64,000 nucleotides of DNA from Octopus bimaculoides (Eukaryota). The translations under genes and the position numbers were made by a program. The DNA is taken from the NCBI RefSeq assembly GCF_001194135.2, contig NC_068985.1, positions 60,453,769 through 60,517,768 of the forward strand, read 5' to 3'. The notes under the pieces are model-generated. The model searched no databases. It was given only the letters and a program-made list of their open reading frames with translations, and was not told the DNA's origin. Positions 1-12,958 of the stretch are shown one piece after another (positions within the stretch are counted from its first letter, which is position 1; each line of letters starts with the position of its first letter).

Positions 1-1029
1 GGAACGCGCTTTCTATTTTTTTCTTAGCCCCCATACTTACAGAGAAAATCGATTAAAACAACCTGCGTGTGTGCGTGTATGTGAGTGTGTGTCACTGAAG
101 CCATTCATACATATATACATAATAAATAAATAAACTGAATGATAAATTTCATTTATCTTTCTCTCTCTCATATACACATACACCATCAACATTACTCTCT
201 CTGTCGCGCACACCCCATCAAACATACACACTCGCATACGCACGTACATCAATTCTCCCCTCTCACCACAACTTCAAAAGAAGTTCAGTCATAAAACTGT
301 CCATGTCTTAACATTTGCCGCCCACTTCAAAATATCGCCTTTCCTTTTCACTTGTCCGGCCATTGTTCGAGAGATTAAACACAAACCAACTCCTGCTAAA
401 TGCAAAAATCCCGCCAAAAATACACACACATACACACACAAATGGACATTTCATGTCTTTCAGTTTCTCTATGATTATACACACGTTGAAAACAATAGCT
501 CTTACATACATCTTAATCTTCAACAGGTATGTATCAATTTCTATAATATAAATTATTTTCCTATAAGCGTATAACAATTACTTATTCCATAGTTCACTTA
601 GCTTTTCTTTTCACTTTTCTTCTCTCTCACATACATACACACACCCACACACACACACGCACGTCCATTTCATATATCTTTCAATTTCTGCTCTCTGCAA
701 ATAAAATCTCTAGGATAAAACTGCTTACAAAAATTGCGATTAATGTATAATTTCCTTCTATGTTCATAATGAAACAAATCTTTTAATGATTAGACAGACG
801 TCCAATAGAATAGCTCTCACAAATAGACTACGTACAAATTCTTTCGTCACAACTCCTGAAGCCATTTTCTGACAGGAGTGGGTGAAATCTTCATACAGCT
901 GGAGGCTCCAATCGAAACGGGACACAAAATGATCAGGTTGAGAAACGCTGTTATAGATTATGCCTAACCGAAAACAATCACAGCCACATCATCCAAACGG
1001 ACCGGGTGAAACCGGGTTTAGCTGCTAGT
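1..1029 (+). mobile_element. Non-autonomous Helitron-like element (3' part; 5' end probably upstream of window)
   Basis: Ends in GC-rich imperfect hairpin accgggtgaaaccgggt (1001-1017) followed by gctgCTAG|T (1025-1029), the typical Helitron 3' terminus. Interior has (CA)n tracts and retains more CpG than the flanks. Confidence 0.6.
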
Positions 1030-1035
1030 GTATAT

Positions 1036-1285
1036 ATATAACCACAATATATTTCCAACAAGGACCATCTTGTCATTCTGAATTGATCAGGCTTTGTGAG
1101 TGCAGAGATGGCTAAGACCAATATACACATATGTATACATATATATGCATGTATATATATGTATGTACATATATGTGTATATTGGTCTTAGCCATCTTTG
1201 CACTCACAAAGCCTGATCAATTCAGAATGACAAGATGGTCCTTGTTGGATTCACAGGGGAAAAAGAGAAATATATTGTGGTTATA
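1036..1285. repeat. Long near-perfect inverted repeat (fold-back)
   Basis: 1054-1132 is the reverse complement of 1171-1249 with one mismatch. Outer arms 1036-1053 and 1268-1285 also pair. Loop is AT microsatellite. Confidence 0.95.
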
Positions 1286-1640
1286 TTATAGTCATAACTC
1301 TTGTAATTACATATATATTATGGTTATATTTATTATAGTGATATTTCTTATGATTATACAATATGGTGGTCATAACCATCATTTTGTTTTTCTCTTCATC
1401 AAGATTGTTTTAACATCCACTTTTCCATGCTTGCAAGGGTCAGATGAAATTCATTGAAGGAGATTTTCTCTGGCATTTCCTGTTGCCAACCATCACCTGT
1501 TTCCAAATAAGGTAATATTTTCCCATGATTAGACATATTTTCAAAGGACACTGTTTGCATGGTGGGGACACTTATTTACAACCACCACACTGTGTCAAAG
1601 CAAGATTGTCACACACACACACACACGCACACACATGACA

Positions 1641-1797
1641 AGTTTCTTTTAGTTTCTGTCTACCAGATCCACTCACAAGGCTTTGGTTGGCCTGAGACTA
1701 TAAGTAAAAGGCACTTACCCAAAGTGCCCAGCAGTGGGATTGAACTCAGGACCATGTGATTGGAAAGCAACTTCTTACCATACAGCTATGTCTGTGC
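1641..1797 (-). mobile_element. SINE family A (tRNA-like head, ccttgggcaagtg core)
   Basis: Reverse complement of the repeat ggctgtgtggtaagaagcttgcttcc...tcccactg...ccttgggcaagtgtcttctactatagc found many times in the window. Confidence 0.75.
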
Positions 1798-2425
1798 CTA
1801 TGTGACTATACCATATACATTCATTATAGTCATATCATATGATTATACATATTTTAGTGATATATTTTTATTATAGACATAAAACTTATGATTATACATG
1901 TATTATGGTCATATCCTATTATTACATTTCTCAGAGCTGTAGCACAAAGATGATTGCTGAACAGGCTTTCTTTTTACTTCATCCTAACTACATTGATCTT
2001 ATTTGTATTGGCCATTGTCCACCCTTCCTTCTGGCTAAACACACACATGTATACACTTTTATACAGATAGACAAACAGAGATCAAAGGAATATAGATAAA
2101 CAAACAATTTATTTGAAAATCTGGCAATCTTCTTTAATTAAAAGCCATGCACGTGTGTGTGCGTGTGTCTGTGTGTGTATAAACACATGCACACACACAC
2201 ACATTTTGTTAGCTAAGTTGGAAATTTTTGTGATAAGAAACTTGAAGTTTTTCTTTGTTTTCAGTAAAGTCTGATTTATTGATTTACAAAACTGTTGAAA
2301 GAAATGGAACTTCAAAGATAGAAAACAAAAGAAAACATGGAGAAGCAATGCTCCAGTCTGGCCTTAAATATGGTTGTTGATATAAGAAGAGAAGTTGAAA
2401 AAGATGTAAATGAGTTGCTTTTCAG

Positions 2426-2560
2426 AAATCGAATAATAATAATGATGATGATGATGATGTCAACAACAACAACAATGATGATGATAATGGCCATGACAAG
2501 GATCATAATGATATTGATAATGATGATGATAACAACAAGGATGATGATGACAATGGTGAT
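2426..2560. repeat. Compound (AAT/GAT/AAC)n trinucleotide microsatellite
   Basis: Directly visible; produces the low-complexity ORFs at 2312-2573. Confidence 0.9.
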
Positions 2561-2973
2561 GAAGTTCAAATGACCAGTTACTCTACAGGAAACTTTTATT
2601 TGTATACTATTGACTAAAACAAAAAAAAAGACAAAAAGATAAACTTAAAACAGGTCAAAATTTCAATAACAAGAAAAGGTTTCAGAGTTTCTGCAGTTTT
2701 GTTGGTTTCCTCGACTCATTTTATCAACCACCCATCACGTCTGTGTATATAACACATATGAGCACGTGCACACACACTCATAATTGTAGCTGGTATTTCC
2801 ATTAGAAACAAAAGGAAACAAAATTAAAGTACTATACTCAGTACTTCAATTAGATGTACTTAATTTATTTAATAAGTAACTCACGATTCCTGATGAATTC
2901 TCCAGGAATGTAACAGAACTAGACCTGTTAGAGTCACTTATGTATATCTATATATAAGTGTGTGCATGTGTGC

Positions 2974-3033
<60 letters not shown>

Positions 3034-3157
3034 NNNNNNNNNNNNNNNNNNNNNNNNNNNNNNNNNNNNNNNNNNNNNNNNNNNNNNNNNNNNNNNNNNN
3101 NNNNNNNNNNNNNNNNNNNNNNNNNNNNNNNNNNNNNNNNNNNNNNNNNNNNNNNNN
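3034..3157. other. Assembly gap
   Basis: N run next to (TA)n. Confidence 1.
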
Positions 3158-3274
3158 CCCCCCCCAGTAAACCTGGACATTCTCAATTATTCAGTTTTTC
3201 TTTATCTAGTACCATGTAATACAATTGTTATAAACAATAACAGTTATCTGATAAAGAGATAAGAAAAGCTAGAT

Positions 3275-3690
3275 TTTACTATTGATACTACTACTACTAT
3301 TACTACTTCCACTAACCATCACCACTACAACTACTACTCCCATCGCGACTATATCCATCAATACTGCTACAACTATTACCAATACCACAATCACCACTAC
3401 CAACACTACTAATTCCATTGATACTACAAATACCATTATTAACATGATCAATTCCACACTTCAACCACAACACCACCACCACCACCACCACTACCAACAC
3501 CAACTGGTACTACCCTCAGCCTCAACACTACCACCATTACCAAAAGCCACAACACTAACTGTCATCAATAACACGACCAGCAGCACTACCAACATTAACA
3601 GCATTATAACCACCACCTTCACCACGAACAGCACTTCCACTATCAACACCATCAACCAAAACACTTCCACCACCACATCCACCATCAACA
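3275..3690. repeat. Degenerate (ACT/ACC/AAC)n low-complexity tract
   Basis: Directly visible; gives the Thr/Asn/His-rich pseudo-ORF 3282-3731. Confidence 0.85.
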
Positions 3691-3783
3691 ATACTGTGTT
3701 TCTTTTGAAACGGAAGTTTCTTATTTTCTAGCAGAGTCAGTGATAGTCTAAAATAATTGTAATGTATTCACACACATACATAC

Positions 3784-3828
<45 letters not shown>

Positions 3829-3966
3829 CATATATGTATTATATCCATGTTTATATGTTTGTGTGTATATGTGTATATATACATATATATGTGTGTGTGT
3901 GTGTGTGTGTTTATATATGTGTATGTATAGTTTATTTTCCCTGCATGTATTTGTTTACATGAACAG

Positions 3967-4014
3967 CTGCTGAATTGTGGGCAAATGTTCAGACAGAAAT
4001 CAATTCTAGATTTG
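3967..4014 (+). CDS. Candidate 48-nt phase 1-1 exon (xAELWANVQTEINSRF)
   Basis: Flanked by tttacatgaacAG and G|GTCAGT; open, helix-like peptide; no homology recognised. Confidence 0.2.
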
Positions 4015-4479
4015 GTCAGTTGCCCACATCAATAATTCTTTTTACTCTTCATCTTATACACATTCAATTATATACAACACATATAAACACTCACACGTGT
4101 GTGTATGCATATCATACATGTAAGTTCAAACATGAATTTGTAGAATTTAATGAATGTTACATATACTAACACTTGCAAAGAATTTTATGTTTTAATAAAT
4201 GGTATAGAGTAAGACATATATATATATATGTATGTATATATGTATGTATATATGTATATGTGTATATATATATATATGAGCATGTATATATATATATATA
4301 TATGTGTGTGTATATATATATATAAGCATGTATTTATATATATGCATGTATTTATATATATACATGTATATATATATATGTATATATGTGTATATATATG
4401 TATATATGTGTATATATGTGTATATATATGTATATATATGTATGTATATATGTATGTATATATATATGTATGTATATGT

Positions 4480-5363
4480 NNNNNNNNNNNNNNNNNNNNN
4501 NNNNNNNNNNNNNNNNNNNNNNNNNNNNNNNNNNNNNNNNNNNNNNNNNNNNNNNNNNNNNNNNNNNNNNNNNNNNNNNNNNNNNNNNNNNNNNNNNNNN
4601 NNNNNNNNNNNNNNNNNNNNNNNNNNNNNNNNNNNNNNNNNNNNNNNNNNNNNNNNNNNNNNNNNNNNNNNNNNNNNNNNNNNNNNNNNNNNNNNNNNNN
4701 NNNNNNNNNNNNNNNNNNNNNNNNNNNNNNNNNNNNNNNNNNNNNNNNNNNNNNNNNNNNNNNNNNNNNNNNNNNNNNNNNNNNNNNNNNNNNNNNNNNN
4801 NNNNNNNNNNNNNNNNNNNNNNNNNNNNNNNNNNNNNNNNNNNNNNNNNNNNNNNNNNNNNNNNNNNNNNNNNNNNNNNNNNNNNNNNNNNNNNNNNNNN
4901 NNNNNNNNNNNNNNNNNNNNNNNNNNNNNNNNNNNNNNNNNNNNNNNNNNNNNNNNNNNNNNNNNNNNNNNNNNNNNNNNNNNNNNNNNNNNNNNNNNNN
5001 NNNNNNNNNNNNNNNNNNNNNNNNNNNNNNNNNNNNNNNNNNNNNNNNNNNNNNNNNNNNNNNNNNNNNNNNNNNNNNNNNNNNNNNNNNNNNNNNNNNN
5101 NNNNNNNNNNNNNNNNNNNNNNNNNNNNNNNNNNNNNNNNNNNNNNNNNNNNNNNNNNNNNNNNNNNNNNNNNNNNNNNNNNNNNNNNNNNNNNNNNNNN
5201 NNNNNNNNNNNNNNNNNNNNNNNNNNNNNNNNNNNNNNNNNNNNNNNNNNNNNNNNNNNNNNNNNNNNNNNNNNNNNNNNNNNNNNNNNNNNNNNNNNNN
5301 NNNNNNNNNNNNNNNNNNNNNNNNNNNNNNNNNNNNNNNNNNNNNNNNNNNNNNNNNNNNNNN
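4480..5363. other. Assembly gap
   Basis: N run after (TA/TG)n satellite. Confidence 1.
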
Positions 5364-5627
5364 TGTCGATAAGTCAGCTGGAGGAGATGTCCTCCTGGGA
5401 CTAAAAGCAACAGTAACATCCACCCCTAGGGGTCAGCCACACTTAAGTGGCAATATACTACACTTTATTGTGCAGTTACTGTTAATACTTCATTTAGAGA
5501 ATTAACATTGCTTATATATATATATGTGTATATATATATATGTAGATATATATATGTATATATATATGTGTGTATATATATGTATATATATATGTGTGTA
5601 TATATATGTGTATATATATGTATATAC

Positions 5628-5659
<32 letters not shown>

Positions 5660-6079
5660 ATGTATATGTATATATGTATATATACGTATATGTATATATA
5701 TATAATATAATGAAATGTATGTTTCAAATGTGTGTATGAATATGCAAGTACATTTTCACACACTCAAACATATATTCACACTTTTATACAATATGTATAA
5801 ATAATATTTTATCCTGGATATATATTTTTCTTTCTTATATAGGTGTATATATGTAAACCACATTCATATTCTGTAGATTTATATGCATATTACAAACACA
5901 CACTTTCCAATACATTATAAATATGTTGAGCAGGACACACATTTTCTCTCATTTATATTCATGGACATGTATAGAGACATAGTTTTATATAAAGTAATCT
6001 TTTAACTCACCCTCCATGTGATACATACATACACACACACATACATTCGCCATGATAGATCACTGACCACAACACACAT

Positions 6080-6219
6080 TTTTTTCTCTCCTTGTTTCTT
6101 TCTGTAGAAGAGCATAGGCTCGAAACATTAAAGACTTTCTCAATTTCCGAGCGTTATACTAATACATCTATTTGTTTTCAACACCACCAGTTTTCGTTTG
6201 TTGTTTTTTTGTGAATTCT

Positions 6220-6220
<1 letters not shown>
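6080..6220 (+). mobile_element. Penelope-like terminal-repeat remnant with hammerhead-like motif
   Basis: ctgtagaa-GAGC atag GCTC-GAAAC motif, directly abutting (TA)n. Confidence 0.5.
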
Positions 6221-6282
<62 letters not shown>

Positions 6283-6304
6283 GGTTGAAAAAGAACACAT
6301 GAGT

Positions 6305-8625
6305 TGATATATATGGAAAAAAAAGTCAAGGTAGAAAATGCTGAAAGAATTTTATAAAAAACATTTCAGTACCAGTTTCAGTCATTGAGACATTTTCAAC
6401 TGTAAGTATGGAAAACAATTAAATTTTGGAAAAATTTTAGTATTCAAATACAAGGGGCATTTTCCTTGTTTCTGCCTGTCTTAATTTGAGGTCATTAGGA
6501 GTAGGGACTTTGATTATTATGGCTGTGGCTATCCTGAATGCATTACTTTGGTCATATAGTCATATTCTTTGTCAGTGAGCCCTTCTCTGTATAGGTTTAA
6601 CATGGATTTTAAATCTCTCATTTTTTTCTACTGACTGCAATGTTTGGCCTTTTCATAATATGTTGTGTCTTCCAATATGGATACTACTAGAGTTATATAG
6701 AATGCCGTGTCCAATAAGACAACTGCACTCCTTTTATCAGCATCTTTGATTGTTGTTGTTTTGTCATCTTTTAACTTGTTCAGCTCAGCTCATTCTTTTT
6801 TGGTGAGGTTTCGTTTGTGTTTTTGTTTGTGCATATGTTGATATGGGTAATTCGAGATGTGTTCACAGAAATGATCAAGAGTTTTGTTCTTACCTTTTGA
6901 GGGGGTGTAGTTATTTCTATTTTGGACCAACAAAATAGATTCGTCCACATTGTATTTGTCGTATAGTGCCTCAGTGTGTCGTAATTTTCTACAGAATTCC
7001 ACGATGTCTTCTTTCATTTCATTGTAGTTGGGGCATTGTGGGGTGGGTGTAAACTTGAGCCCTTTCAAGAGTATATTGATTTGGTTTGCTGTTAATTCTT
7101 TGTGAGTTAGATTAATAATTTTTATCACTTTTGGTTCCTCTTGTCTGTTTGGTGCTATCTTGTGTCTCTGTGTTTGAGCATTGGGTCTAAACAATGATTG
7201 CGGTGGTTGGGATGGTAGCTATTATGTAGTTGTTCCTTGTTGTTGCGGGGTGCCCTGTTGTGATTCATGGTGTGAATTCTTGGAACAGTATTGAAAAGTG
7301 TGTCCCGATATCCCATGTTCGGATGTGGTGTTTTAGGGGGGCCGTTGTTGGTAATTACTGCATGTGGTATGGGTTTGTTGTGCATGATTGTTTAGTAGAT
7401 TGTTGGAACGTAAATTTCATAGGTAACTCCTTATAGGGGGAGGAGGTTGCAATGTCTATCTTGCGGGTAGTGATTTTTCATTTCTCTGTTTGAAGTTAGG
7501 GTACTCATGATATTGTATCACTGTTAGGTCCTGTATTCTTTTTTTTTTTTTTGATGGTTCTGATTTTTAGACAGGTGTGAATCAGTGTTTGAATATTGTT
7601 TTGATTTTCTTATTTTCAGGAAAGGGCTGTTGGAAGTGTGCTGTTTGAAAGATGGTTTCATAGTTTGAAAACCAAGAGGCACTTTTCTCCCAGCGTTGGA
7701 GGGATTTCAGTTCTTCTTTATCACCCTCTTTCCATAGTTCATTTTGCTAATTTCTTGGTTGATCTCTTCATCGGTGGATTTTACTTTATCTTCATTCGTT
7801 TTGGCCCTCAATTTTAGAAGTTCTATTTCCATTTTCATTTTTTCCACTGCCATTCTTTCCCTGAGGCATCTTTGTGTTTCAGGTTCATCTGTAATGGCTT
7901 TGATTTGGTATTTACATGGGAGAATTAACGGTGTCTGATTGAGCCATCTTTTGTATACACCCGCTTTGTTGTTGTTTTGGATAATCTTCCAAAAGGCGAA
8001 CTTTCTATTCTTGAGTGATTTGTTCCATTGTGGAGATTCCCAAGAATTCATTAAAAAACAGTCCCATAACGAGCCACTTTTAGGTCACTTGACCATTTAA
8101 CATCCTACTACCATCATACCACCTGCATTCCTTTATTATTTTCCCTTCTCTTTCTCCTTCTTTTTCATCTTCTTCCTCTCCGCCACCTCCTTCCTAACAT
8201 TACTACTATTGCTGTTTAGAATAACACCTATGCAAATTTTATAAACAATACATTCAAAAGAGATGTCTCAAGAATTCAATCTCTATTACCATCCACAAAT
8301 CACTTTCAGGGCACTTGACCATTTAACATCTTACTACTATCATGGCACTCCCACATTCTCCTCTTCCTCCTCCTCCTCCTCCTCCTCCTCCATCTTCTTC
8401 TTCCCTGCCAAGAATTCACAATGACCTCAAACCCACAAGAGTAAACAAGAGAGACAGAGACAGGCAGAAACAAGGAAAATGCCCCTTGTATTTGAATGCT
8501 ATGCAAATATTCTTTGAAGTAAGTTTTCCATACTTACAGTTGAAAAAGTCTCAATGACCGAAACCAGTACTGAAATGTTTTTTATAAAATTATTTTAGCA
8601 TTTCCTACCTTGACTTTTTTTCCAT

Positions 8626-8630
<5 letters not shown>
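6305..8630 (-). mobile_element. Degenerate, internally deleted Penelope-like element (PLE) with inverted terminal repeats
   Basis: Minus ORF 6790-7194 has IINLTHKELT..INILLKGLKFTPTP, typical of the PLE region preceding RT. ORF 7707-8051 resembles a PLE N-terminus. ~190-200 bp inverted repeats at 6310-6496 and 8420-8628, each next to (TA)n. RT core and GIY-YIG not seen. Confidence 0.8.
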
Positions 8631-8673
<43 letters not shown>

Positions 8674-9559
8674 GTGAATGTTGTGTCTTTTTATTTGACT
8701 ATCTGTCAATCTGTATATGTAGGTCTATTCAACCCACCACATGAGTATTTAGCTGTATTTTTTCTTTTATATAAAATAATTTTGAGAAGGTACACTTAGA
8801 TCTAGTGCTTACAAGTTTGATATTAAGTTTTCTCCAGAACTGAGAAAATTTTATTTGTTCATTTCACTATTTATTAAAGCCACAAATCTTAACATTATGA
8901 CATCACTAATGGCTCAAGTATCTCACAAATTTTGAAACTTTTACAAGATAAAAAAGAGTTATGAGTTTTAGCTGAAACCTGTAAGTACTTGTGTGTTCAT
9001 AAATTGTGAATCAGGAGTTTTAGAGGAGTGTGGGTTATTAGACATGTTAGTCAGGGTAAAACAGCAGTATCCTTGATATTTGTAAGTTCCTCTAGACTGA
9101 TGAAATCGATATGGAGGAAGCCAGTGGGGACTTGCTCAAATAATTATGTGAACTTTGACCTTGAATATTTCTAGTTTAACAGGCCAGATCCCTGTGTTCT
9201 AGCTCAAACAGAATTAGCTGCCACATAAAAGTTAATCTAGTGAACAGGTTTCTGAATGAAGCTCCTCCTTTTGCATTTGCTTTTCCTTGTTGGCATGGAT
9301 TGGATGGGTTGTTAAGGCTAAGTTAGTTCTTGTTCCAAGTGTTGAAGTTTCTTTCATCCTACACTAGTTGGGCTTCTACATCATACTCCATTATTTTGTA
9401 TGGTTTCTCTCTTTGAATGCCTTTCTTAACACTGGTACTAGAAAGGGTATCTTGTCCCATGCAAGACTTAAAAGTTTGCTGCACATTGCCTTCATTATTT
9501 CAAGGTAAACATGACTGAGACTCTGAATAGAAGAGAATGTGATGGGAGAAATAAAGATA

Positions 9560-9975
9560 GGAGTGAGAGAATGGTAGAGAAGTTATAGAAAAGAGAGTAA
9601 TAAACAGCTACACACTGATTGTTGATAAGGAGGTTGATTTGGAAATAACCTAAGAAGCATGATTAAATTGCTGGGTAGTTGTAGGATAGCTATTAATAGG
9701 ATGGACAAAGGTACATGAGAGTGGAAGATGTCACATGGCAGAGTGTGGTGGTTAATATAAAGATGAGTGATTATAAGGGTACTAGATATGGACAGGAGGT
9801 TAAATGCCATCCCTCATTACATAGGGATCATGGAAGTGGTGGAAGAGAGGTAGAATGGAAGGATGATAGTGATTAAATACTGAAGGACCAAATGCTATTC
9901 CTTGTCACAGAAGTAGTGAGTTGGAGAGTGGGTGAGTGATAGATGAAAGGGTAACGGAGAAGGCAGTTGATGACA
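9560..9975 (-). mobile_element. Ancient L2/CR1-like RT relic
   Basis: Minus translation has VTQGIAFGPSVF-like residues (needing a frameshift) resembling the GVPQGSxLGPxLF RT motif; many stops. Confidence 0.35.
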
Positions 9976-12295
9976 ACTTAATGGAATGTAATGGAAGAGA
10001 AACTTCCCAATATATAAATATATTAGTCCTCTTAATCTCCATTACTCATGTCACCACTACCACCATCATTTTAACAACTGTTTTTGTGAGTTTTGTTGCA
10101 GAGAGAGAGAGAGAAAAGAAAAAAAAGTAAAAAGAAATGTGTGGTGATTCAAAATTTAGTTCTTTAGCTTCAAAAAGGCCAAATGCTGCCACCATAAAAG
10201 ACAAAGCTATTTCTTCAAAGTATCCAAACTGAACCTTGTTGACATGTTGTCTTTTGATAGCAGAAAATACAGCATACACACACACACACACATACCAAAT
10301 TACAAAGGAAGTCATAGTTTCTTTGAATCATTTCATCATTTCTGTATAGAGATATCAATGGTGTATATTGGTTATTGCTGTCATAGTATGAGCCACTGTG
10401 CTGAACTTACTATTCTGGTACAAGTGTTGCTCAAAAATAAGCCTACAAATTTCCCTTTACATAATACAACTTCATCCTGACTTGATGTTTGTGGCTCTGT
10501 GTCTGTGTTTCTTTATTAGATTTCAACACAAAACACAACCAGATTCTATTAGGATATGGTAAAAATCAGAATTATTATAATACCATCATTGGTGGGTGCA
10601 TGGTGCTCAGCTAGCAAACCTAGAATATATAATACCCCTGCAATGATGTTGGGAAGGGTAAGGAGTTAAACAAAAAGAGACTGGAGGGAAAGAAAAGAAG
10701 TAATGAAAGAGGTGAAGAGACAGAAACAGAAAATAAGAGAGGAAGGAATGTGTGAGAAAAAGAAAGAGAAAAAGAGAGGAAGTAATGTGTTAGAGAAAGA
10801 GGGAAGAAGGAATGCAAGAAAGAGAGAAATGTGAAGGAATGAGTGAGGAGATAAAAATATATCGAAATAATAAAAAGAGGTAAATGTTTTGTATAGAATA
10901 ACGATGGAAAACAAGCTAGAAAATAAAGCATAAAGGTAGATAAGTTTTTAGGAATATTCTGTAGTAGAAAGCCATCTTGTGTTTCCTGATTCTTTGAGAG
11001 GAAAAAGGTTTCTAACCAAACAAGGATCTATTTAGCAAACGTATGTCTGTTTTATGTCATAACATGTTCAGAACCACATAAAAGCCTTGCAGCTTTCAGC
11101 ACTTTTATCATGTAAATCTTGTTCAATAAAACCTTTGAAATAAGTGGGGAAATGTGTAGAATATTAGCTGCTTGGTGTTGTTTTTCTTATTATTGCTGCT
11201 GTTGTTCTCATTGTTGTCATTTATCTCTTTCACCCAAGGAAAGCACCCCGAGTTTTCAGAAAATTAAATATTAAATATATTTACAGATATGTTTATATTA
11301 GGTGTGTGTGTGTTTGTATAATGAATATCATAATCATCATTTTAATGTCTATTTCCTTGCTAACATGATTCAAATGATATTCATAGAAGTTTGCTTTTCA
11401 AAGGCCAGATGCTCTTCCTGTCACCAACCTCACATGTTTTCAAGCAAACTAATACTTCCTTTGAACATTGAATAAATAGCACAACAGTGAGACATGTTTT
11501 CAAGGGAAGATTGCAATTAAACAACATTGCTTATGTGACGGTGATGTTCATCTACAACTAGTGCTCATTGTTGAGATGATAACTGAGGTGGACAAAGGTA
11601 TAGAGGTGGGTGGGTGATGTGGTGAAAGTAATAGTAGGTGGTTAGTGGCAACAGAAGTGACCTGGAGAGTGAGAGTGATAGCTGGTAGTGCAGAAGTGTA
11701 ACTCCACAGGGAAATGAGTAGAAATCAGAGTGGTCTACTGTAGTCTCTTATACACAAGCTTATGAAGGGTGAGAGAATCAGAATGAAGAGGAGAGATGAT
11801 GAAGATATGGTCAACACATGTGGTAGGGAGATGGGACATGGGATGCTTTGCTGTACAGATGTCTCACTTCCATTTCATTTCTTGATCCATTTTGTATTTT
11901 AGGAAGTTCTATGGCAATGGATTTGTGGCACAAAAAGTCATATCCATGCACGTACAGAGATGAAAGTAAATCAGGACAATGAAGCTGAATGTGAGACAGC
12001 CCTTGTCTGACAAGAAGAAACAATCATCATATATTAGGTGTATATATATATATATATAAAAATTTATTTATGAGGGTAGAAATGGATATTAATCAATTTG
12101 AACCAGTGGTCTAGCATATTAAAAAAATCCGAAGATTAAAATTATATTACATACAAAAATAAGAGGGATGACCAGCAAAAGTGGACTACTATATGCTAGA
12201 AATAGATGCCGAATCATCTAACCACGAAAAAAATATAAGTTCTCAGTAAAAATTCAGCGACACAACATATAGGAGTCCACTTTTGCTGGTCATCC

Positions 12296-12373
<78 letters not shown>

Positions 12374-12958
12374 CATACATATATATGTTTTGATATTTCA
12401 CTTAGGCACTGAGAGACTAATTACCTGGTGTAGAACTCAGCATGTATATGTTTAAAAATAAGTGTTACATGAGCATAGAGTATACGAAAAACAGGTGACA
12501 CAGGAAAAACAAAGCTTCTGTTATGAACTTAGCTTATGGAGTTCATAATATAACCTTTGTTTTTGCTCTGTCGTCTCTTTTTCTTATGTATATGTATACA
12601 TGCATACGTTTATATGTGTATATAATAATCATAAATAATTTGGACAAATAAGTATAAGTCAATTAGTGTGTTTAAATGTTGAGTTGAGCACCAGCACAGA
12701 ATAGGCTACCTGTTGTCATCTGCAGTTGTAGTACACTTCTGTTGGATCTACTTCAAGAACTCCACAGTGGCAGTTAGGGTAATAATATTAACTTACAGGA
12801 GATAGATTCGGTATTAAATCTTTATCGATATACTTGATGAGACTCAGATTAATGGGTTGAAACATGTTGTGCCCAATAAAGATTTAATACCAAATCCATC
12901 TCCTATTAATTAATATTATATGTGTGTGTATATATATATATATATATTATATCTGCAG

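Noticed and set aside
3282-3731. 149-aa Thr-rich mucin-like ORF with Leu-rich start
   Set aside because: Entirely trinucleotide microsatellite; no convincing splice or homology support
2938-5763. Long ORFs of 70-425 aa (also 13564-14436, 38308-39115, 49849-50851)
   Set aside because: Made of N gaps and (TA/TG)n translations (YIYIY, X runs); not coding
10620-10930. GA-rich purine tract as a functional triplex element
   Set aside because: Ordinary low-complexity sequence, common in this genome type
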